From: Felis catus
Taxonomy: Eukaryota
Assembly (NCBI RefSeq): GCF_018350175.1
Contig: NC_058373.1
Location: 115,446,001-115,510,000, forward strand
Length of the DNA: 64,000 nucleotides
Reading direction: 5' to 3'
Part shown: positions 13,840-23,960 of the stretch, piece by piece
Layout: each line of letters opens with the position of its first letter
How positions within the stretch are numbered: position 1 is the first letter of the stretch
Notes under the pieces: model-generated
What the model was told of the DNA's origin: nothing
The model's input: only the letters and a program-made list of their open reading frames with translations
The model's database searches: none
Position numbers and translations under genes: made by a program

Positions 13840-14910
13840 CTTTTGTTTTAACAGCTTTATTGAAGCGTAATTACATGCCATAAAATTTACCCATCATAAA
13901 CGTCCAGTTCACTGGATTTAGCACAGAGCGTTGTGCAGCCGTTACTGGTGAACATTTCCATCGTTCCAAAAAGAAACCTTGTACCCATTTATAGTTATGA
14001 CCCACTGCCTCCTCCAGTCCTAGGCAACTACACAGCTGCTGTCTATCTCTATGGGCTGATCTTTACTAGGCATTTCATAGAAGTAGAATCATACAATATG
14101 TAGTATTTGCACATGGCTTATGGCTTCTTTCATTTATTATAATGCTTTTGAGGTTTATATTGTCACACGTATTAGTAATTCATTCTTTTTCATTGCTGAG
14201 TAATATTCCATCGTCTGGATATATCACCATTTGTTTATGTGTTCGCCAGTCGACAAACATTTGGATTGTTTCCAGTTTGAGGCTATACACATAATGCTGC
14301 TATGGATATTGGCATACATGCCTCTGAGTGGACATGTTTTTCTTTCTCTTGGTTGGCTTCTCAAGAGTGGAATGTCTGGTAGAATGATAAGTTTACGTTT
14401 AACGTTTTAAAGAAATTGTAAAAACAGGGGCACCTGGGTGGCTTAGTCTGTTAAGCGTCTGACTTTGGCTCAGGTCATGATCTCATGGTTCGTGAGTTCG
14501 AGCCCTGCATCGGGCTCTGTGCTAATGGCTCAGAGCCTGGAGCCTGCTTCAGGTTCTGTGTCTAATGTTTTTTAAACATTAAAAAAAAAAAAAAAAAAAG
14601 AAATTGCCAAACCGTTCTCCAACATGGCTACTCCACAGCAATGAATGAAGGTTTCAGTTTCTCCGCATCCTTGCCAACATTTGGTATTTTCTATTTTTTT
14701 AAATTTTAGCTATTCTAGCAGGTTCATAGTAGCACCTCATTGTGGTCTTAATCTGCATTTTCCTGACAACTAGTGACGTTGAGCGTCTTTTCATGTATCC
14801 ATTAGCTGTCCATGCATCTTCTTTGGTGAAATGTCTATTAAAATATTTTGTCCACTTTAAAATTAGGCTGTTCATCTTCTAACTGAGCTGTAAGGTTTAC
14901 TTTATTTTTT
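13840..14910 (-). mobile_element. Old L1 (L1MB/ME-like) 3' portion, interrupted by a SINEC
   Basis: acagctttattga...ataaaatttaccc...attgctgagtaatattccat...ctcattgtggtcttaatctgcatttt. Confidence 0.75.
14427..14599 (+). mobile_element. SINEC (Can-SINE) lacking its CT-rich segment, inserted in L1
   Basis: ggggcacctgggtggct head, gagttcgagccc B box, A tail, TSD ~aaagaaattg. Confidence 0.92.
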
Positions 14911-16629
14911 TTAATTAAAAACTTTGATAGGATTTTAATTTTGTAAATCCAATTTTAAAAGTAAGTGATTGGATAAAATGGTTTATTCTCGTGGTATTTA
15001 TACCTTTAAAGTCCTTGCTCATACTTAGTGTCCTAAGGCCTTTAAAGTCCTTACTCCTGCACAGTATCCTGAGACTGGGAAGGCAGGCATACTTCATTTT
15101 TAGAAGAGGATATCCCTGCCCAGAGAAGAAAAGTGCAGGGTTCAGTTTTCAGTTTATGGGATGTAAAGCCAGAATCTGGAGTGTGACCCCACTAGAGACT
15201 GGGGAATTGAGTGGAAGCTTTTCCCTCTCCCCGGGGCCCAGTGTGGGACCTGGTATTGTCCCAAGGCTTGCCAGGAAGCAGCACTGATGTGGACCTTGGA
15301 CCCAGGCCTTGGACCTATGTTTGGTAGAAGGGTGCGCTTGTTTCCTGGGTTGGAAGCCAGGTGCCCAGGTGCCCGGAGATGATGGTCAGAGGGTCCTGTT
15401 GGCTTTGGCTTGGCTTCTCAGCCTTTGGGCAGCTGAGTTTCACAGGTGGCTCTCCTGGCGGCAGGGCACTTTGTCTTTTCTCACTTCATAAAGATTTCCA
15501 TCTAGGGCCTCCATTGTGGCAGCGCAGCTGTATCTCTTCACCCTTGGTGACCCGACGCTGCAGGAAGATCCACTCCCTGCACGTGGCTTCATGCGATGTG
15601 GGCTCTGGGCCTGCATCTGGGTAATCGCGGAGGTCCTTGGCCTGCAGAAGTGCAGAACTTCCCCCGGGAGACTGGAAACACTTCTTCCTCTCCTTGAGCA
15701 ACAGACCTCTGCTGATTGCTACAGCAGATGGGCCGTCCCAGACTCTCATCTGGATGATGGGCGAAATAAGCGGAATGTTTTCTCTTATCCTGCTCCAGAG
15801 AGAGTTACAGCTCTTGGAATACGGGAGGATTTTAGTTGAATATGAAAATGCTGCATGAACCGCTTTTCACTTGGGTTCTCACCGTTGTCCTCCTGGGAAT
15901 GTTTGATTTCTCACTTTCCCTTTGTTGCCCTTAAGACTTCTAAAGTGAAGCCACCCGGTGTGGAGAGGCTGAGCACACCACACTAGGCTATTTAGACTGT
16001 GAACTCTGCATCCGGCAGGAGCAACCAAATGTGCATTGCAGCTGCCAAAGACTTCATTCAGTGGCTCATTGAATTCAATGGAAAGAGGTGTTAATAGAGT
16101 CAGGGGAAGTGATGCTATTAAACAAAATGACATTGTGTGGTGCTGCTCTGTGTTTATTCTCCCTCAATGACTTCCAGATCAAACTTCCACAGTTTTGCAT
16201 CAAAAGATGCCTGTTCAGGACTCCAGTGTGAGGCAAATAAGATGTCCAGCTAGTTAACTCCTCTCCCTCTGCTATATCTCATTCCCTGGAATGATTGTCA
16301 CATAGTTGGGGATCGCCTTGGCCCCTGTCGGAGTGGGGTCTTGGTGTCAGCACAGGGGAATAATAGCAGGGTCAGGTGTCACACAACTGTCGGATTGCTG
16401 GCCTCAGCCTCCAGCCACGATTAGGGTCTCTATAGCTCTCCAGTCTTAAGATCCCAAGGGTGGGGTGTTGGTGCAAGAAAGGGATCAGAACTCTGTGTTC
16501 TTCCTCCCTCCTTGATAAGATGCAGGGAAGTCGGCCAAAGGTCTCGGGAGCTCCAAATGGTGGAGGGTTGTTATTATGAGTGATCTGACTGGCGTCGCAG
16601 AGACTATCTGAGAACTTGCATTCTCCATA

Positions 16630-16835
16630 GTTAATGAAATAGGTGAAGGGGATTAAGAGGTACCACCTTCTGGTTATGAAACAAATAAGATACGGGGATG
16701 TAACGTGCATAGGGAATATAGTCAATAATAGTGTAACAACTTGGTGTGGTGACAGTCACTAGCCTTACTGTAGGCTGTATGCTTGAAACGAATACAATAC
16801 TGCATGTGAATTATTCTTCTGCTAAAATAAACAAA
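16630..16835 (+). mobile_element. L1 3'-end fragment (carnivore/L1MA-like)
   Basis: aataggtgaaggggattaagaggtac...gggaatatagtcaataata, then an A-rich tail. Confidence 0.65.
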
Positions 16836-18221
16836 ACCGAAAGCTTAAAAATAAGAGCCATTGGCAAAACAAGCAAGCAAATAGAAATAAATGACTGATT
16901 GAATAAAATGACAACAAAATAGTCGATGCTTGGAGAATAGAGTGTTCGGTTGTAGAAGATTTCTGGGGGATGGTGTAATCATCACACTGCCTGAGACCCT
17001 GGGGTTCTTCTTCCCCCACCCCCGCCCAGGGAGAACACAGAGAAATCTCTCGTCTATGCATTCTCAATGGGGGCAGAGATACCAAGCAGGTGAAAATGGA
17101 TTGGGGGCGGCAGGAGGAAAAAGAACTCTTTGCTCTTTTTACATAGAAAGCACAGCTATACATACACCACATCAACAGAAACACAGTGTACCTGTGTTAT
17201 TGATAGTTCATTAGGTAGATGATTTAAAAAAATAAAAAAGAGAGAGAGAAGGTCTAGGTGGGCGATAATGAAAAGAAGTTGAGAGACACTGCCTGACGCT
17301 AAGGTTGGGGATCTTGATGAAAAAAACTCAAGAGTCCTGAAAGGTGGGTAAAGTCGACACTCGCTCCTGACCCACAGAGGGTCTTGCCCCGCAGGGAGCT
17401 GCCAATGTTGCTGGAATGATGTAGATTAGCATTTTGTTACTGGCCACCTCCTGCTCCCATCATCTCTGGTACAAATTTCAGAACAAATCCAGGGTGCAGT
17501 TTCCCACATCCCCTTCCATTTTGTTTGCCCCCACCTCACTGGGAATTGGAGGGCATGATGTTTCACAGTTAAAAAAATGTTCTAAGGGTTCCTGATTCTC
17601 TTCACTTGGGCATCCTGGAGACAGGATGGGCCCTCCTGCCCTTCTCTTCCCTTTTAGGTGAGGCCAGAGAAATAGCTAGGTGTTCAAGAGGGAATAGCAC
17701 CACGGTCTGGTGTTTTCCTGAAGCTCTTCAACAAGGGCCACTAGGTACTATGCTGGTACCGTTCACAAGAGGGCAGGACAGAACTGGGGACACCAGAATT
17801 TTATGCCACCAAGTATGCTAACCTTATCCTAACCTGCCTGGGCAAAACCCAGGGCTGCTGGGGAAGATGCCTGCCCCCCACCTCAGTTTTCCTGCGGGGA
17901 GGACCAGGGCTGACCGAGTCATCATGCTGGTACATGCAGGTTAGTGAGGGAGGACCCTCCAAAGCCATGACAGTTGAGCTCCCTTTTGTCCTTCCCCTGG
18001 AATGGTGAACACACAGCTGGGTTTGTCTTACTCTTGGCGTGTCTCTGTGGTTCTTTTTTCCTTCCTGTTCTTGCTTTCTATCTTTCCTTTCTCTTTGGTC
18101 TCTTCACTGGGACTTGGCCGGGCCATGTGCAAACCCCAACCATTCAACAGTGCTGGAGAGTAGATAGTATTTACCTCAATAATGGTAGTCTCTTTTCGAT
18201 TCTTTTTAACCCTCAATTCAG

Positions 18222-18278
18222 ATGACGGGTCTAAGCCGACACCCACGATGGAGACTCAGCCAGTATTCGATGGAGATG
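18222..18278 (+). CDS. SMOC1: SMOC1 exon 6 (57 bp): DDGSKPTPTMETQPVFDGD(E); alternative in-frame start at 18189
   Basis: ttcag acceptor and gtaagc donor. Phase 1-1. Peptide matches recalled SMOC1. Confidence 0.95.
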
Positions 18279-20259
18279 GTAAGCTCTTTTATTACTTACG
18301 ACTCTAATTCTCCCACCCGTGTTTAGATTTGAGGAACATCCTTTCTTTGGATGTTTGTGTAAGCTTTATTATTAGTTTTTTCTTTTTTAATTTCAATTTT
18401 TTCCCAGTTTAGTCTGGGTTGTTTTAACCTTTTAAAAAATGCAAATCCTCCCAGGAATTGGTACACTCTCTACTTCTGGAAAGGTCCTCTGTTCTAGCCA
18501 GGCTTCCTGCCTGGCTGCTGATGTCCAACAATAACACAGCCTGGATGGACCCTTTGAGCTGCCAAGACCAAGGAGCCATGGCTGAGAAAGACAGGCCAGC
18601 ACTGTCCCTTCAGTAGATGAACCGACACTTACAAGTTCCTTCTCTGTGCCCAGCGTTGTGCTAGGCCTGTGGGGGACAATGGAGGATTAGATGAGATGAA
18701 GCCTTTGCTCTCAAGACAATGGCAACTATCAGAGAACTTTATGTGTTAAATTACACGGTCTCAGTTTTTATTATAATGGACATTTAAGGGAGAAAGAGAT
18801 CACCATGGTCTGGGAAAAGACTGTGTCAAGAGATGGAACGTGGACTGGATCTTGAAAGGAGATGGGAAGAATCAGGGCATTGTAGTTGGGGTGGTGGGGA
18901 GGGGAGCATATGGTGGGGATGGGGTATTGTAGGAAAGTAGGGGGAAAGGGATTGGTTAGCGGACCTGGTTTAGCTAAGTTGGACCGTGAGAGCTGAGTCA
19001 AGACATTTGTAAGAGGAGAATTCTAGGCCAAGACAAATAGTGTGGCTGGTAGCAAGATAGAGGCTGGATGTCCCTGGAGGTATGAGGAATGACAGGTGAG
19101 GCATGGAGTGCAGAAGGCTGGCCTCTCTTTGAGCTTGGGTTGCTCCTGGCCTGCATTCTTCAGGATGCTTTGCTGTGTACTCCAAGTTCCCATGAAGAAG
19201 AGCAGGAAGCTTGGCAGAGTGCAATTTCTAGAAAGTCTGACAATGAGGTTTGACTCTGAGTGCAACATGCAGCGACCTCTGAGCAGCTTTCGGCTGAGTG
19301 TATCCAGGCCTAAATCACGAGACTGGACAGGGAGACAGGAGTAAAAAGAAATTATGCCATTGGTTGGTACTGTGGCTAGGGATGTCTCTAGCACAGGCTC
19401 AGCTCTAGATAGGATTGAATGTGAGCTGTCCTTTACAACTGGTCATTTAGTGGAACATACGTGTGTTCATGCCTAGAAATTCAGATGTTTCTGTGATCCA
19501 CAAATCTCCTGGATTATTGGCAGGTCTGGGATCCTGGGGGATCAGGTGGGAGGTGGAGACCGTGTCACCTTGGGAGATCGCCCCAACAATCCCACTGAAG
19601 ACTTCATGACTCTAAAGTTGATCAGGGTTCTCCTGATTCCCATACCACTTGTCCACTGAGCGACCCAAGCCCTGAAGGCCCTAGAGGTTCCCCCAAGCTC
19701 TCTGGATGGAGGGATTCAGCCTCTGTTCAGTGAGAATCCATTAGGAAAGGTATTGATGCACACGTTGGACTCATCACTTTCCTTCCCGTGTGGAACAGAG
19801 TCTCAGCAAGCTGAAATCTGTTGTGGCTCAGCCGTTTCCTCCAAAATGGTCTCTGTGGTTTGTTTGGCATTCATTTGTTGATTTATCCCCTTTAAATCTT
19901 CTTCCAGGGAAGCAGCTGAGAGAGACTTGGCTGGGCCCGTGCTCCTCACCTCCTGGGATAATATTTTTATTCCTGGATGGAGCGGCTCAGCGCCTCTGGA
20001 CTTAGACCACTCTGCCTCTGAGTATGGGAGGCCCTCGTTGGCTCCTATGAGCTGGCGGGTAGAGGAGCTTCCTTACTGAGAAGGGAGAGGGCATTGGGAC
20101 AAAGTGGATGTGGAATGAGGGAGAAATCTCCAAGCCTTGATGCCCCAGCCTTCAGAAAAAGCTCCTGAAGTCTGGGGGCTGCACTACAAGTTCTCTACTC
20201 CCTTTGCCCAGACTTTATTTTCTCCCTTCTTCTTCTTCTTCTTTTTTTTTTTTTTTCAG

Positions 20260-20340
20260 AAATTACGGCCCCCACTCTATGGATTAAGCACTTGGTAATC
20301 AAGGACTCCAAACTGAACAACACCAATGTAAGAAATTCAG
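20260..20340 (+). CDS. SMOC1: SMOC1 exon 7 (81 bp): EITAPTLWIKHLVIKDSKLNNTNVRNS(E), SMOC-unique region with an NNT sequon
   Basis: Long (CTT)n/Tn pyrimidine tract and cag acceptor, gtaaat donor. In frame. Confidence 0.95.
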
Positions 20341-21309
20341 GTAAATGATCTGCCTGGGATGGTATACATGCCGATTCGCCTGTGGTTGCCCTGTGGTTAC
20401 TCCACAACTACCTGTTGTGTGGGCTTGGGCAAGTCCTTTAACCTGTCTTATCTTCAATTTCTACAGCTATAAAATGGGATTAGACGAGTTAATCCCCTCC
20501 AACTTTAATTTTCTTCAGTTAGTATGTCAGGGATCGTCTTTCATGAGTATTTGATCCTTTTAGCAAAAAAATCTTTTGACCACATGTTTTAATACTTTCA
20601 AGTGGCTCTTTATATGTCAGGCAGAGAATTTTTAAAAATGGCCTGGCATGGAAAAGTTGGACTTCAAGCCATAAAAGACTCGCTTCTGTGCGTTTTTTAA
20701 GGCTCAAAATGGCTGCTTACAGTCATGTATTTTCTGATATGATCTTTTGAGGGTCTTATGAGTGGTCACGTTTTGGTGCTGGCTGAACCCCTTGTGGAAA
20801 GGTGATAATTTTTGAAGGGCGATTAGATTTGTAGGACTCACTTGTAGAGTTCATTGATCATCAATGAAGACAAAAGCAATAAAGTTCATCTACCATCAGT
20901 AAAGACCAGAAGTCCACCAACAGGAAAATGTATTAACAAACCCAATCTGTATCTCTATCATGGGGAAATCATCCTTCTTTTAGCCTAAGACCTCATTGTG
21001 AGAAATGCCCCTCTGCATAATTTATGCCTGGTTGGTGAATTTCATTTCAGCCATATCATTTTTTCCCTATGGATATCAAGGTCTATAAACAAAAGACACA
21101 TCCCTTTGAACTGATGGGCAGAGTTTTACAAGACCATTAATTCATGAGTGGGCTCTCATTGGCCCCCTTTAGGTTTATCTGTATGCCAGCTTTGTCCTAA
21201 AGGTGGTAGTGGGGAAACTTGAGTGCGTGAAGTGAGTTAGCCCATGAGGTAGATCCGTACAGCATTGGTTGATTTTCTCTGTGACTTGGGCTGCATGTGT
21301 TTGGTTCCC

Positions 21310-21503
21310 TTTTTTTTTTTTTTTAATTTTTTTAAATGTTTTATTTATTTTTGAGGGAGACAGAGACAGAATGCTGATGGGTTAGGGGCAGAGAGAGACG
21401 GAGATACAGAATCCGAAGCAGGCTCCAGGCCCTGAGCTGTAAGCACAGGTCATGACCCGAGCCGAAGTCGGACGCTCAACCTACTGAGCCACCCGGGCGC
21501 CCC
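21310..21503 (-). mobile_element. SINEC with an internal deletion covering the B box
   Basis: T tail and ...gagccacccgggcgcccc end, TSD tggttcccttttt. The gggctcgaac segment is missing. Confidence 0.92.
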
Positions 21504-21599
21504 TCTGGTTCCCTTTTTTATCAACGATGGAGGTATGGGATGGTGGGGGTGGGAAGAAGACCTTGTGAATCCTGTGGGCCAGAGTCTTTGACACAATCG

Positions 21600-21835
21600 T
21601 GCCGTGGTTAAAGCATAGACGTTAGAATCGGCAAAACCTGCATTCGCTTCCTGGCTCCGACACTTAGTGAGTGACCCAGTCAAGGCACATAATCCCCCCC
21701 TGAGCCTCAGTTCTCATCTGGGATTATGATCTTTCCCTCAGGGGACTGTGGTTAAAGGTTAGCTGAGTTACTGTCTGTGTGGAACTTACCCAGTGCCTGG
21801 CTAAGTGATAGTAAGTGCAGGATAAACGGTCAGTA
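21600..21835 (+). mobile_element. MIR
   Basis: gtggttaaagcatagac...ctgagcctcagtt...cagtgcctggc..tagtaagtgc core. Confidence 0.65.
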
Positions 21836-22055
21836 CCTATCTTTGTTATTCTCATCATCATGGTAGGTAGGGAACAACGGAAGTATTAATGATACTGCTT
21901 ACCGCGAGAATCTCTCAATCAGGAAAGAATTTGTGACTGTCATTGTGAGCAAAAGCTTCTTTGCAGAACCTTTTCCCGCCTCCCCTCTTGCTGTCAGGCC
22001 AATATAAGTCAAAGAGAGGTGGTTTTGGTGCCCGTGGTACCTCACTGGAAGTGAC

Positions 22056-22630
22056 AGAAAGCGGTTTGCTGGCCTTTGGCATATGGGAATGAAATAGAAG
22101 CATTTGGATGCGAATGTGTGCCTGGGGGTGTCTTTTTTGTGGTTTTTGGCCCCTCTCATAGACCAGGCAGAAGGAAGGGCCATGCCTCCTGAGATGTTTC
22201 CCAGTGTGCCCAGGGAAGCCTGACTCAGCCCAGGCCAGGTCTGTAGGTTTGTCCCATACCAAAGCCCATGCTGTTGCCATTACAAGGTTTACCACCTTCT
22301 ACGTACAAATGAGCCCCTACCCTGGCCCACAAAAGTCAGACCTCTCATTTCTGAGAGCGTGCACTAGAACAGAATGTTAATGCTTGGCAAAGGTTCATGT
22401 TGGGGGGGGGGGGGGTGCTGGTAGGCAGAGCTATGTAAGCTGCCCAGAGCTCCTGGGCTGAGTCAGGCTTCCCTGGGCACGCTGGGAAACATCTCAGGAG
22501 GCATGGCCCTTCCTTCTGCCTGGTCTATGAGAGGGGCCAAAAACCACAAAAAAGACACCCCCAGGCACACATTCCCATCCAAATGCTTCTATTTCATTCC
22601 TATATGCCAAAGGCCAGCAAACTGCTTCCT
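22056..22630. repeat. Long inverted repeat: arms 22056-22234 and 22452-22630 (179 bp each), 217-bp spacer
   Basis: Manual reverse-complement comparison gave 5 mismatches and no gaps. Confidence 0.95.
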
Positions 22631-22750
22631 ATAAAGGGTCAGCCAGATAGTAAACATTTTAGGTTTTGCAGGCCAGACAGTCTGTCACCTATTCAACTCT
22701 ACTGTCGCAGCACAAAAACGGCCATAGACAATATGTAAATAAATGGGATA
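22608..22750. mobile_element. MER58A-like hAT-Charlie fragment
   Basis: cagcaaact...aaagggtcagccagatagtaaacattttaggttttgcaggcca...ccatagacaatatgtaaataaatggg matches the recalled MER58A consensus. Confidence 0.75.
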
Positions 22751-23866
22751 GCATAGACCTGGCTTCCAGTGCTAGCTTCCCGTGAGAGCTAAGTTCGAGG
22801 AAGTTCGTACGTGAAACGAAGTTATTAGCGCCTTGCAGGGTTTTTCTGAGGATTCAACAATATATGAAATGCCTAACACATAGTAGGTGTGTCATAAACG
22901 ATTTAAAAAAGAATGGCTTCTCTGCTAGCCACCGGTCATGCTATTCCATTTGGTTTGTTGAGAAGTCAGATCTACCTTAATGATAACTCATCTCTGGGGT
23001 GCTGGCTCTGCTATGGACTGGAGCCTCTGGGTCAAGCCCCCGAGGCAGGCTTCCCGTCAGAGTTTGCCAGAAGATTCTGGGTTAGGTGAGCTTCAGCCCC
23101 CACCTCTGGGGAGGGTGAAGTGGGCCTCAGAAGCCAGTCTAGGTGAGAGCTCTTCCCACTTGCTCTCGGAGGCAAGAAGGCCATCCCAGTTCCCTCTACA
23201 CCCCAAACATCCGTCTTTCACACTCAGACCCTGTGACGCCAGGTTTGTTTTCTGGCCTGGGGACTGTTGATGTTGGAAAGGTTCCATGGGGCAGCTGAAG
23301 CTTTGCAATAACATGACGCATACGCCTGCAGACTTATCCTGTCTCCTTCTCTCCTCCTGGAGGTGTCGATCCTTGTTTTTAAGGCTTTGTCTTGTGTTCA
23401 CCATGGTCAGTGTCGCCTGTTGAGTACTTGGCAGCCTCGGCGTTGACGGGTTTGCCTCTTCAGACTTCTCTCTCGGATCCTTGTCTCCGCTGCACCAGGA
23501 GCCCTCCCACTTTCAGGAGGACGACGTACCTGGCCAGCCGACGCCCTAGAACCTGAGAGCAGGTGTCTTCCCACCTATGAGTGTTGGCCAGAGACTCTGT
23601 TCTGCTTTTGTAAGAAAATACGAACTCTTGCGGAGTTTTTGGTATCAGAGGCTAGCTACTAAGGCATTTCTTGATATAACTAGAACTTAAAAGTCTTTTT
23701 AGTCATCTGCATTTTTATAGGAAAGAGCGGAGAGATTAACGAAATGACGAAAACTAGGCTGTCTCATTCTCCGTCCCATATGCCATATCCCACGGCTTCT
23801 AATTTTACTGGGTGCAGACACTGTCGTACAGCTGTGATTTACAAAAGTCTCTCTCCCTCTTGATTT

Positions 23867-23960
23867 CCACCCCCCACCCCCACCCCCACCCCCACCCCCA
23901 CCCCCCACCCCCACCCCCACCCCCCACCCCACCCCCCCCCACCCCCACCCCCACCCCCCA
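23867..23960. repeat. (CCCCCA)n C-rich tract, ~94 bp
   Basis: Runs of C separated by single A. Confidence 0.95.

Noticed and set aside
14427..14520. tRNA-like A/B boxes here and in the other SINECs
   Set aside because: These are the tRNA-derived heads of Can-SINEs with tails and TSDs, not tRNA genes.
22056..22630. Inverted repeat interpreted as a MITE or DNA transposon with long TIRs
   Set aside because: No TSD is evident at the outer ends, and one arm runs continuously into an older MER58-like element. Local duplication fits better.
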